Shown: piece by piece, positions 9,171 through 18,789 of the stretch | Layout: each line of letters begins with the position of its first letter | How positions within the stretch are numbered: the first letter of the stretch is position 1 | NCBI GenBank assembly: GCA_905182175.1 | Contig: CAJJAT010000016.1 | Span: 1,202 to 65,201 of the forward strand | Length of the DNA: 64,000 nt | Direction: 5' to 3' | Source of the DNA: Flavobacteriales bacterium UBA1494 | Lineage (GTDB): Bacteria > Bacteroidota > Bacteroidia > Flavobacteriales_E > Vicingaceae | Translations under genes and position numbers: made by a program | Notes under the pieces: generated by a model | The model's database searches: none | The model's input: only the letters and a program-made list of their open reading frames with translations | Told to the model about the DNA's origin: nothing

Positions 9171-10478
9171 CTAAACTGGATTAGGGTAGATGGTATAGTC
9201 AATTTTATATTTTTGTTTAAATTTCATGAGTTTCAATTGTTCATCTATTCGCAGCCTTTTTGCGGGTTTTATAATGAAGAGTAGGGTGAGGAACTGCCAG
9301 AAAAGAATTCCAAAATTGGCGTCTCCAAAAATTCCAAATTCAGTAAAAGAGTTGATGATTACAGGTATAAATAGCGCTATGAAAAATTTAGCATACCTGT
9401 GTTTTTTGTGGGTGATGAAATTTCTAAGAGTAAGTGCCACGTTCCAAAAACCAATAAAGAAGCCAACAAAACCTAGGTTCATTAAAATTTGAATAAATGT
9501 ATTGTGCGTCATTTTTGCTGGGTAGGTGTTTAGGCCTTGGAAATAGTCTGTATAATTAATTCGCATAAACCCGAATCCTAAAATGGGTTCTTTTACAATT
9601 CCTTCGTTTAATAAAGCAGTCCAAAAGGGAATCCTTCCTGTCATACTGAGTACTTCCTCAACACCACCATTGTCCTTAAAAACAACATAACGCACTAGCA
9701 GTGGAATTGCAACTGCAATTCCACTGAACATAATAATTTTTACTTTCTTGTTGTCTGATATTAATACCAGAATTCCCATAATTAACAAGAACCCAATAGC
9801 ACTTGATCTAGAAGAAGTCCACACCAAAACTAAGATGGCTGCAAGCATCATTAGAAAGCCCCAAAATTTGTGTTTTGTACTTTGTAAGTAAATGTAACTC
9901 AGTGCTCCGCTAATACTCGATAGCATTCCTAATTCATTTGGATTCATAATGTATCCGCCCAAGCGTAGTTCTTTGCCACCCCGCATACCTCGGTAAAAGG
10001 TTTCTTCATCTAGTAATGAGCCAATAACGAAGGTTGCTATGATTGGGAAAATTGCCCAAGCAAATACTCGAATCATGTTGATGCTATTTTCTTTGTAGTG
10101 AATATTGTAAATTACTACAGCCTTTATAAACAGGAATGCAAAAACAAAGCTTTCTGCGGTCATAAACCATTGCAAAGCTGAATGCTGCCACTTTGAACTC
10201 CACATAAAAGAGGCGAAGCCTAAAATTAAATACATTACGTAGAAAGCAGGAGCAAGGGTATGCTTAAATTGCAAGGCGCTTACATGCCCTAATTTCTTTA
10301 AAACGGAAAGCACATAAAGAATAGCAACTGCCATACCGATCCTGCTCACGGTTTTGAAGACTTGGTTCACACGTTGTTCCTCTACAATACTGAAATATCC
10401 TGCTATCATGACGAATAAAATAATCGTCAGAACAGCTTCCATATTTCGAATAATGTAAGGGGCTTTATGCGATTTCAT
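9171..10478 (-). CDS. O-antigen polymerase/ligase-like (Wzy_C type) integral membrane protein
   Basis: 435 aa, about 10-12 hydrophobic helices, and a position inside a Wzx/Wzc/Wza locus. No catalytic motif is recognisable by eye. Confidence 0.55.
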   Translation of the reverse strand: MKSHKAPYIIRNMEAVLTIILFVMIAGYFSIVEEQRVNQVFKTVSRIGMAVAILYVLSVLKKLGHVSALQFKHTLAPAFYVMYLILGFASFMWSSKWQHSALQWFMTAESFVFAFLFIKAVVIYNIHYKENSINMIRVFAWAIFPIIATFVIGSLLDEETFYRGMRGGKELRLGGYIMNPNELGMLSSISGALSYIYLQSTKHKFWGFLMMLAAILVLVWTSSRSSAIGFLLIMGILVLISDNKKVKIIMFSGIAVAIPLLVRYVVFKDNGGVEEVLSMTGRIPFWTALLNEGIVKEPILGFGFMRINYTDYFQGLNTYPAKMTHNTFIQILMNLGFVGFFIGFWNVALTLRNFITHKKHRYAKFFIALFIPVIINSFTEFGIFGDANFGILFWQFLTLLFIIKPAKRLRIDEQLKLMKFKQKYKIDYTIYPNPV

Positions 10479-11688
10479 ACGTAAATAAATGTTCTTTTGC
10501 GATGACGGACCAATTGAAATCTTTTTTTACCATTTGAATGGCATTTTGACCTAATCGGAAATTATTTTTTTCTTCAATACATTTAGTAGCGGCTATTAAT
10601 GCTGCTGAAACGCCTTCGGTAGTGTTATTTTCAGTTACAAAACCTGCGTTGTTTTTTATGATGTAGCTCTCTAAGTTTGTTTCTCTACTCACAATTGCCG
10701 GAATACCTGCACTTGCTGCTTCCAGTACCACTCCAGGTAACCCTTCGTTTCTTGAAACCAAGCATAGGAAGTCAAGTTGATTTAACAACTCATCTTTTTC
10801 TGCTCCGTATTGTGCGCCTAAAAATTTCATCTGTTTTGCTATATGTAAGTTCTGTGCCAATTTTTCCAACTTAGCTTTATCAGGTCCATCGCCTATAAGC
10901 CATAATTCACTGGTTTTATTTGTTTTATGTATCTGTGCAGCGAAGCCTTTTAAAAGGGTATCAAGGCCCTTTGTATGCAGGTCTAAACGACCAATAAATC
11001 CAAATATAGGAACGCGGTTCCCATTTTTGGAATTAGGTACAGAAGATTCTGCTACTGAATCTTGACCATTTGCAATTAACTGATCGGGAACAGCTCCAAA
11101 TACAGGGATACTATTTCCATTTTTGGAATTAGGTAGAGAAGACTCTGGCATTGAATCTTGACCGTTTGGAATTAATTGATAGGGGACATCTCCAAATACT
11201 CTTTTTGTGCCAGCAATTTCACTTTCTCCTATTAAATGAAGGTGTTTGGCATGCTTTACCAAGTAAATTTCTAGAAGTTTAATGTAGATTTTCTTTTTGA
11301 ATTGACTGCGCTGCAGTGCTACTGTGTTGAACGCTCCGTGAGGAGTGAATACATAGCTAATTTGGTGTTTGACAAGTAATTTTGCAATGAGAAAGAATTG
11401 AGGAATAAATCCCCCGTGTAAATGAAAAATAACACTTTCATTTGCTAACAATTCAATCGCAATTGTTAGTTCTATGCTACGACTAAACTTACCTGTATCT
11501 TTAAAAAGTTTGGTTTTGTAAATTCGTCGTGGATAGTTGTGAACAGGGTTTTTCGTAATTCCCCAAACGGTAACATCTTTACCTATAATCGACTGATGCT
11601 CAGCTAAACTATTGACCATTTTGTTAACCCCATTCATGCGATTGGGATTTGCTTTGCCTAAAAGAACATGAATAACTTGAAGTTCCAT
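10465..11688 (-). CDS. Glycosyltransferase family 1 carrying an internal in-frame 32-aa tandem duplication
   Basis: GT1 C-terminal motif SRNEGLPGVVLEAASAGIPAIVS. The inter-domain linker is duplicated: VFGDVPYQLIPNGQDSMPESSLPNSKNGNSIP / VFGAVPDQLIANGQDSVAESSVPNSKNGNRVP. Confidence 0.7.
   Translation of the reverse strand: MELQVIHVLLGKANPNRMNGVNKMVNSLAEHQSIIGKDVTVWGITKNPVHNYPRRIYKTKLFKDTGKFSRSIELTIAIELLANESVIFHLHGGFIPQFFLIAKLLVKHQISYVFTPHGAFNTVALQRSQFKKKIYIKLLEIYLVKHAKHLHLIGESEIAGTKRVFGDVPYQLIPNGQDSMPESSLPNSKNGNSIPVFGAVPDQLIANGQDSVAESSVPNSKNGNRVPIFGFIGRLDLHTKGLDTLLKGFAAQIHKTNKTSELWLIGDGPDKAKLEKLAQNLHIAKQMKFLGAQYGAEKDELLNQLDFLCLVSRNEGLPGVVLEAASAGIPAIVSRETNLESYIIKNNAGFVTENNTTEGVSAALIAATKCIEEKNNFRLGQNAIQMVKKDFNWSVIAKEHLFTYEIA
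11000..11191 (-). repeat. 2 x 96-bp imperfect tandem duplication inside the GT1 gene
   Basis: Unit boundaries are marked by ccaaatatagg (11000), ccaaatacagg (11096) and ccaaatactct (11192). The duplication is in frame (32 codons per unit). Confidence 0.8.
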
Positions 11689-12929
11689 TTTACTTTCATT
11701 TTTAAAAGGGTGATAAATGATATAAAACTGATGAGTTGAGTACCTGCGATACCTGACATAACACCCGCAAGCCCGTAGTATGAGGCTAGAGCTTTTCCTG
11801 CTATCAAACTAAACACAGTTGTTAGTACATAACTGATGAAAATAAGTTGATTGTATTCTAAGGTACGAATGACGAAACGCAATAAAGTGCCTAGAAATAC
11901 GAAGACGTAGATTCCGCAGAAAGCCAATAAAATGAAACTGTAGGGTAAATATTCGACGCCATAAACAACGGTCATAATTTGTCGATGGAAAATAGCAATA
12001 CCTCCTAAAAACACCACCACCGGTAAAGTTAATTGCAGGGTAATCCTTTGCATGTAATTTCCTAATTCAGTTAAACCGCCTTGATGCAAAGCTTCCGCGG
12101 AACGGGCAGGAATAATATTTTCCATTGCTTGAAAAAGTACATTGAGTACACCCATTAAATTTTGAGATACTCTAATGGCTCCAATGGCAGCAGGGCCTAG
12201 AACAGATGCTGCAAATAGTATAATGTAGTTAGCAGAAGACCATTGAAGTAAAGAAGTAGCCACTAGAAACCGACTATATGTCCACAATTTTTTTGTGGTG
12301 CTACCAATTCCTTTTAACTGAAACTTAGGCCGAATAACGAGAATAATGTAGCCCAATGAAATGCAGTGCGCTGAAAGAATACTTGCCAAAACAGAAACCA
12401 AATTCAACGTATCAAACATGTACAAGCCAACAATAAAGAGTGGTTGAAGTGCGTAACCAAAGAAGTCGATTGCCAAAACCTTTTCTGGGACATGTTGCAC
12501 AAATAAAATCCTGCGGTTAAAGTCATTGAACAAGTAAACTGCCACTAACAAACTTAACGTCAGATTGACGCCTGTATATTCCCAATGGGGTTGAAAGTAG
12601 CATGTGATCTCCAGTACCACAAATACTAAAATAAAACTGAACATGCTCAGTATGGTTTGAATGCTTAACAATTGAGCAAACCAACAGGCCGTGTTTTTCT
12701 TTTTTGCAGTTAACGCAAACAGCGGAGCGGTTAAAAAAGCTTGTTGCACACTTGAACTGAATATTATTACCATCCAGGTTAATGAGAAAATTCCAAATAA
12801 TTCCACGCCTAAAAAACGAGCGAGCAGGATACTCAGTAAGAAGTTGATGCCACTAACCAATCCTTGATCAGTTAGCACAAACCCTTTTTCTTTGTTGTTT
12901 TGAACGAATGTCAATAGCCGTGTTTTCAT
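11658..12929 (-). CDS. Wzx-like oligosaccharide flippase (polysaccharide biosynthesis protein, MOP superfamily)
   Basis: 423 aa, about 12 TM helices. The start overlaps the Wzc-like stop by 4 nt and the 3' end overlaps the GT1 start. Confidence 0.6.
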   Translation of the reverse strand: MKTRLLTFVQNNKEKGFVLTDQGLVSGINFLLSILLARFLGVELFGIFSLTWMVIIFSSSVQQAFLTAPLFALTAKKKNTACWFAQLLSIQTILSMFSFILVFVVLEITCYFQPHWEYTGVNLTLSLLVAVYLFNDFNRRILFVQHVPEKVLAIDFFGYALQPLFIVGLYMFDTLNLVSVLASILSAHCISLGYIILVIRPKFQLKGIGSTTKKLWTYSRFLVATSLLQWSSANYIILFAASVLGPAAIGAIRVSQNLMGVLNVLFQAMENIIPARSAEALHQGGLTELGNYMQRITLQLTLPVVVFLGGIAIFHRQIMTVVYGVEYLPYSFILLAFCGIYVFVFLGTLLRFVIRTLEYNQLIFISYVLTTVFSLIAGKALASYYGLAGVMSGIAGTQLISFISFITLLKMKVKWNFKLFMFF

Positions 12930-15145
12930 CGTAAGTAGGTGTTCAGGTAGGTTCTTACTTTTAACATTAAGCTTGTTGGAATAACTTGCTGACTAAAACG
13001 AGTGCCTACAAAATTTCCACTGTAGTTAGATGCCTTATGTGCATGGTTTAATACCAGCATTACATTTTTAATTTTGTACTCTTCTACTAAACGATCTGCA
13101 TGGTCTAAATAATCAATACTCGTTATGTTTGAACGGATGATGTAAAGATTTACATCAGCATACTTCATAGCCTCGATACCTTCCACACCCACACCAGATG
13201 CAATGGTGTCTATAATTACAACGTCAAATTGTAGCTTTAATTTTTCTAGCTCCTCTTCAAAATGAAGTTGCTTGTCATCGGTTTGGTGCAGAAAAGTAAG
13301 TTGATTTTCTATTTTGTTTTCATTCGAAAGAATAACATTAAGAGCAATCGAATTCGGCAATGGACTTTGAGTGCTTAATAGCGCAACTTTTTTACCAATA
13401 ACGGAGAGGCATTCTGCTAAGTTTAGAGCAATGTAGCTTTTGCCTTCACCGTCTACTGTAGAATTTATTGCAATAACAGTATGGTTGTTTAGCTTATTTT
13501 TTAGCTTCATGGTTTTTACCAGGCCTATAAAGTCTTGAGCAGAGTTTCCTGAGCGAATTAGACCCAATAGAGGAAGAGCAGAATGTCTTTCAATGTCTTG
13601 GCGACCTGTAACTTTTGCCCTGGCATATTTGCGCAAATAAATGAAGGTAATCGCTAGGATTAAACCAAATAAACCTGTTACAAACGTGATCAGTGTTTTG
13701 TTAGGAGCAATTGGCTTGCGAGGGACAGTTGCAGTTTGAATAATTCTGTGAAATGCTAAGTTTGCTGAAGAAGCGATAGATGCTTCAATTTTTTTCTGTG
13801 AAAGAAAATTATATACTTGCTCTTGAATTTGGAAATTTCGTTCTAAAATTCTCATTTCCTTTTCTCTGGTAGATAAACCTTCGAATTGATTAGAAACGAC
13901 AGCCAATGACTTTGTAATCTCATCCTTTTTAGTTACAATCTCCACCTTGTTTCTTTTGATGGCTTCAACGATATAGTTTTTTAGCTCTTCTATTTTTTGA
14001 TTTACTGCTCTAACTTCATTGCTTTCTTCTGTGTATTTTATCAATAAATCAATCCGCTGATCTTGCCATAGCTTTAGCTTCTTTACCAGTTCCGTCATTA
14101 GCAAATCACCAAAACCAAAATTGATTGAGCGGTTGCGGAAGTAATCGCCACCCGAAATGTATTCTTCCAATTCATGAACTGCTTTTTCATTCATTTCAAG
14201 GTTTATTAGCTGTACTTGTAGATTTGAAATCTGACGCAATCCTGTTTCTGTTTCTTGCCGAGTATTTACGACTCTGTGCGTTGCCTTGTATTCTTCCAAT
14301 GCAATTTCTGTTTTGTGTAATTCAGCTTCAATTTCAACTAGCTTTTGGTCGATAAACTTCACCGTTTGCCCTGCTGCTTGACTTTTTACATTAACGTAAT
14401 CTTCTATGTAAGTTTTGCAAAGCTCATTGGCTAAGTCAGCTGCTTTCTGTGGATGCGCATCTTTGTATACAACTCTTATAATTGGAATATCTTTGTCTAC
14501 TTCAACAATGTCAAGGCGTTCTGTTACATCGGCTATTAAGCCATCTCTAGAAAAAATGTGAACGATGTAATTTCCTGCTAATTGGAATTCTTGTTGTTTG
14601 AACAGTTCTTTGTTCTTCTCCAGTTTTAAAACACCACCATCTAGTAACAAGCTTTCACCAAGGGCTGTCTTAATAGTGTCTAGTGCGACGCCGTCTTCAT
14701 TTACCAATTGAAAGAAATTAGTTTTAGTGATGTAAATGAAGTAATCTTTATCGAACAGCTGAGGATTCACAAAGGCGTAGTGTATTAGGATAGGACTATC
14801 GTTATACAATAGGGTATTTTTTACTTTTCCTTTGCGGTAAAGCGCAACTGAAAAATCTAAACTATCCAAAGCCATTCCTATTAAAAGAGGAGAGTTTAAA
14901 ACTGCTGCCTCCGCTTGAATTGTACTCTCGGTACTAAATACATCAAAGTCACTATATAATTGATTGCTGCTTAACCCAATTTTCTGATTATCGAGCTTAA
15001 TTTTTGCAATAGTCTGATAGGTGTTAGGTGTATAATTTACCACTTGAAGTGCAATGTAAAGTGCCGTGAAAAAGAATATTGCTATAATTGGCAAGCCCCT
15101 TATTAAAGGTAGTAATTGTCGTTTTGTGGTTTGAAATCCGCTCAT
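12926..15145 (-). CDS. Wzc/GumC-like polysaccharide co-polymerase with C-terminal P-loop (BY-kinase-like) domain
   Basis: 739 aa. N-terminal TM, a long coiled-coil periplasmic region, a second TM (LITFVTGLFGLILAITFIYL), then a P-loop INSTVDGEGKSYIALNLAE and VVIIDT. No obvious C-terminal tyrosine cluster. Confidence 0.75.
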   Translation of the reverse strand: MSGFQTTKRQLLPLIRGLPIIAIFFFTALYIALQVVNYTPNTYQTIAKIKLDNQKIGLSSNQLYSDFDVFSTESTIQAEAAVLNSPLLIGMALDSLDFSVALYRKGKVKNTLLYNDSPILIHYAFVNPQLFDKDYFIYITKTNFFQLVNEDGVALDTIKTALGESLLLDGGVLKLEKNKELFKQQEFQLAGNYIVHIFSRDGLIADVTERLDIVEVDKDIPIIRVVYKDAHPQKAADLANELCKTYIEDYVNVKSQAAGQTVKFIDQKLVEIEAELHKTEIALEEYKATHRVVNTRQETETGLRQISNLQVQLINLEMNEKAVHELEEYISGGDYFRNRSINFGFGDLLMTELVKKLKLWQDQRIDLLIKYTEESNEVRAVNQKIEELKNYIVEAIKRNKVEIVTKKDEITKSLAVVSNQFEGLSTREKEMRILERNFQIQEQVYNFLSQKKIEASIASSANLAFHRIIQTATVPRKPIAPNKTLITFVTGLFGLILAITFIYLRKYARAKVTGRQDIERHSALPLLGLIRSGNSAQDFIGLVKTMKLKNKLNNHTVIAINSTVDGEGKSYIALNLAECLSVIGKKVALLSTQSPLPNSIALNVILSNENKIENQLTFLHQTDDKQLHFEEELEKLKLQFDVVIIDTIASGVGVEGIEAMKYADVNLYIIRSNITSIDYLDHADRLVEEYKIKNVMLVLNHAHKASNYSGNFVGTRFSQQVIPTSLMLKVRTYLNTYLR

Positions 15146-15876
15146 CTTGAAAGGATAAATGATGCAACTATAGCTAAGGCTGTGAGGGAACTTGCGATTG
15201 GAATGAGACGAGGCGCCATCTGATCAATTGTTTTTCCTCTAGTTGCGGTTACTACTAATATATCGTCTGATTGTAACATAAGGCCATGTAGCTTTAGTGC
15301 ATTCATCTTCTGTAAATCCAAACAATAGCTTCTATTGTCTCGTATTAACTTTAAGTCTTTCATGTTTGCATAGCAGGTAAAGCCTTGTGCTCTTCCAATA
15401 AGTTCGATAAGTGTTACTTGCTCTTCTTCTAAAATATAATTCCCGGGGCTTCTTACTTCTCCTAAAATCGTCACTTTACGGTTTAGAATTTTAACGACTA
15501 TAATGGGTTCCTTAATATCCAGCTTGTACAACTCTAATAATGTGTCTGCTGCTTGAGTGCAGCCTAAACCGCCCAGTTTTACTTTGCCAATTTTTGGTAA
15601 CTGCGCAAAACCGTTTTGATCAACCAACACCCATTTACCGTGTGATTCGTTTGAACTGTAAACGCTAAAAACAGAACCTAGGCTAATGTCATCGTGGTTC
15701 CAAATGCTTAAACTCAGTTTATCGTCAGGACGGATGTTATGCTGAAAAGAGCTGTCAAATCGTTGAAGGTCTTGTAAATTGCCTTCGTTGTCAGTTGACA
15801 ACAACGTTTGATTGGCACAAGAACTAAAGCTAAGCCAGACTAAAACGATTTCTAAAATGAGGTAGGTCATTTTCAT
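15142..15876 (-). CDS. Wza-like polysaccharide export protein (Poly_export + SLBB)
   Basis: 244 aa with a signal peptide. Shows IRPDDKLSLSIWNHDD and the SLBB-like KVTILGEVRSPGNY. ATGA overlap with the Wzc-like gene. Confidence 0.75.
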   Translation of the reverse strand: MKMTYLILEIVLVWLSFSSCANQTLLSTDNEGNLQDLQRFDSSFQHNIRPDDKLSLSIWNHDDISLGSVFSVYSSNESHGKWVLVDQNGFAQLPKIGKVKLGGLGCTQAADTLLELYKLDIKEPIIVVKILNRKVTILGEVRSPGNYILEEEQVTLIELIGRAQGFTCYANMKDLKLIRDNRSYCLDLQKMNALKLHGLMLQSDDILVVTATRGKTIDQMAPRLIPIASSLTALAIVASFILSR

Positions 15877-15878
15877 AA

Positions 15879-16352
15879 TTAGACTACTAAAGAGATGATT
15901 TTTTGGAAAAAGCTTGGCTCTTTCTGATTTAGCATTTCGTTTACATTTTTGATCTTTATCATTACTTTTTCAATAGACCTTATATCGTCCTGACCTTTAA
16001 TGATGTAATCGAAAGCTCCAAATTTTAGAGCCTCTACCGCTGTAGAAATGTCTTCTTGTCCCGAAATGAAAACCACATAGATGTTTGGATCGAAACGTTT
16101 TACTTTCTGAAGTACTTCCATGCCGGTTAGATTCTTCATGTAATGATCCAACAAAATGACGGTTGGTTCTTCAATTAAAGCATTTAAACAATCTTGTCCG
16201 TTGTCGAAAATACTTACGTCCACGTATCCCAAATTTTTAAGGTGTTGGGCATAAATATTAGAAGTCAATTGATCATCATCGACGATAAAAATCATTGTTG
16301 TTTTGATTATATCTGATTTCATAATTGTGTTATTTGAAAACGGTAACACCAT
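15879..16352 (-). CDS. Stand-alone response regulator receiver (CheY-like), first gene of the EPS operon
   Basis: 157 aa (141 aa if translation starts at the ATG at 16322). Motifs IFIVDDDQL, phospho-acceptor context VILLDHYM, and a conserved K in FDYIIKGQ. No output domain. Confidence 0.8.
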   Translation of the reverse strand: MVLPFSNNTIMKSDIIKTTMIFIVDDDQLTSNIYAQHLKNLGYVDVSIFDNGQDCLNALIEEPTVILLDHYMKNLTGMEVLQKVKRFDPNIYVVFISGQEDISTAVEALKFGAFDYIIKGQDDIRSIEKVMIKIKNVNEMLNQKEPSFFQKIISLVV

Positions 16353-16445
16353 CTATATGCCAAAGCATTTAATTGAATTAAAATGTTGATTATCAATAAT
16401 ATTAATTCCATATGAATTGTGTCTAATTCCGTGTTTTGGATTATT

Positions 16446-16464
16446 TTCCAATATATGGAATTGG
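16446..16464 (-). promoter_or_regulatory. Candidate cis-regulatory element ttccaatatatggaattgg upstream of the first EPS unit
   Basis: 18/19 identity with 7917-7935. It sits within a cluster of AATTCC/GGAATT half-sites (16404-09, 16425-30, 16457-62, 16464-69). A 10-bp inverted repeat aattccatat (16404-13) / atatggaatt (16453-62) is also present. Confidence 0.35.
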
Positions 16465-17691
16465 GAATTGTAGTGTGTTTTTAAATTATGCACCTTGGTT
16501 TTGGTCTAAATCAATAGCAATTCTTCTTTTAGCTGCTGTGACTTTCCGTGCATCGCTATAATTAGCTGCTCGAAATACTTAAAGTAAACTTGCGGTAGCC
16601 AGATAGTCGTACAATAAAAAAGTACGCAAAAACTAACGATGCAGAGCACACAATTCGTCACGAATATGCTGGATTAGAAGCATAGAAAAGCTATAGGATA
16701 TACCACGAACATATCCATGGGGTCACTTCCAAAAGTGCACCGGCTAAATCAATTCAGGATTACATTGCCGTGTCTTATCATGTTTCTAGGCTTTGCATCA
16801 AACTTGATAATAATTCAATAACAGATTAATGGAAGGTCACAGAGTAATGGCGTTTTCCATGAAGGTGCTATCTGTCTTATAACTGTAATAGCTAATTAGT
16901 GCTATAAAACGGAGCAATAGCTGTTATTTTTTAAAAAAGATCTAAACGTTTGGCAAACGCTCTTTGTGGTTAACTAAATAGAAGTATAACAATTAACCAA
17001 CGGCCATGAAGTGGAAATGGAAGGAGTGACTAAAGGATTTTTATTTCTTGTGAAACTCTAAAAAGGTTGCAGGCGTTGCAAATACTTACTGCTACAAAAA
17101 ATACAATTAAAAAAGACGGCAAGTGGTTCATTTTGAAATTTATGAATAGCAACAGATACCAATAAAACTGCTCTTGGAAGCCAATAGACCAAATAGCTTT
17201 CAATGCACTCCTTTCATAGTAAAAACTGCTGACGAGGTTGTGTAAGAATTGGAGGTAGAGAAAGCCTTCTGATTATGGATTGTAACTGATATACAATTCT
17301 AGGTTGAGGCTAGGAACAGTAAACTAGCAAAATACCAAACAACGAATTATAATTAATAATTGAGAGGAGATATTTGAGAAAAATGCCTTGATAAGAAACG
17401 CTTAAGGCTAGTAGTTCCTGTTTTTGTACTCTCTAACTTTGATGCAGGTTGTCAAAAATACCATTTAAGGTTAGCAAGAATGGGATGGCTTCTTTGTATA
17501 AAATAGGATGGTTGAGACAAATTGACTATTTTGAAACTTCACTGAATGTGCATGGAAACGATAAAAAAAACACTAAAAATATGAACGTCTGCGGGCCATA
17601 CAGGTAATTTTATCTAGCACATCGGTTGCAATTTACTAGTTGTTTTTTTTTGCTAAATTAATAATCTAGAAATAGGTGTGCAATTGCCAAC

Positions 17692-18534
17692 CTATGGCAG
17701 ATCTCCTTGGTAAATCGTTCTACTTGGTACCGGAATTTCAATTCCTTCAAGGTCTAACTCTTTTTTTACCGCCTCTAATTGTTCCCAAAATAATGGCCAA
17801 TAATTAACAGAATTCACCCAACAGCGCGCAACAACTTTTAGCTCATATTCTCCAATTTCATCTAGCCACACATCAACGGGCAGGTTAGGCGCTAATTGCG
17901 AATTTTTCCTTAGTGCCCGAATTATTATTTTTCTTAAGTGTTCAACATCTGAATTGAAAGCGAACTTCAATTTCAGGTCAATTCTTCTGTATTTCTCCAT
18001 AGTGCGATTATCCACATCACTATTTGAAACATTGCCGTTTGGCATGGTAATTACTCTGCCGTCAAATGTCTTAATTCGGGTATAAAGAATATCTATTTTT
18101 TCCACAAACCCTTCATTTTTATTTACATATATTAAGTCTCCAACTTTAAATGGTTTGAAAATTAAAATTAGTAGACCACCCGCAAAATTTGACAAGCTAC
18201 CTTGTAAAGCTAAGCCGACAGCAATACTAGCTGCTCCGAAAACCGCTAAGAAAGAGGTCGATTTAATTCCAATAATTGACCCAACTGCAAAAAACAATAG
18301 ACCATATAAAACAAAGACACTTGTGCTTTCGATAAAGGTTTTAAGGGATAATTCAACCTTTGACTTCTCCATCGTTTTGCTTATCAAACGCATCAGAAGT
18401 TTAATAGTAAAAATGCCTACAATTAAAGCAATAAGCGAATAAATCAATTGTGGTCCTATTTCTATAATGAATTTGATTGATTTTAGCTTTAATTCGTTTA
18501 GAAGGGTTTTATTCATATTTTTATTGAAAATCAA
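17692..18534 (-). CDS. Small-conductance mechanosensitive channel (MscS family)
   Basis: 280 aa, 3 TM helices, then the pore-helix/beta-domain signature ALQGSLSNFAGGLLILIFKPFKVGDLI. Confidence 0.8.
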   Translation of the reverse strand: MIFNKNMNKTLLNELKLKSIKFIIEIGPQLIYSLIALIVGIFTIKLLMRLISKTMEKSKVELSLKTFIESTSVFVLYGLLFFAVGSIIGIKSTSFLAVFGAASIAVGLALQGSLSNFAGGLLILIFKPFKVGDLIYVNKNEGFVEKIDILYTRIKTFDGRVITMPNGNVSNSDVDNRTMEKYRRIDLKLKFAFNSDVEHLRKIIIRALRKNSQLAPNLPVDVWLDEIGEYELKVVARCWVNSVNYWPLFWEQLEAVKKELDLEGIEIPVPSRTIYQGDLP

Positions 18535-18789
18535 TTTATTAGGAACTCAAAATTAGGAGTTCTATTCGAGTTTTTACCATTACTCAAAATGTTATTATTA
18601 GTAGCTTATATATGGATATAACGAACATTTAAAAACAAATTAAATACTTCATAAAACTTGAAGAAGGGTAGGTCGGAAGAAATTAACGTTTCGATATCAG
18701 TTTTGGTAATCTTCTTAAAAGAGTTGTCTTTGGGAAAATCTCCTATAGTGCTAAAATTGCTAGCTCTGCATCTTTTTCATTCTCAAGCT

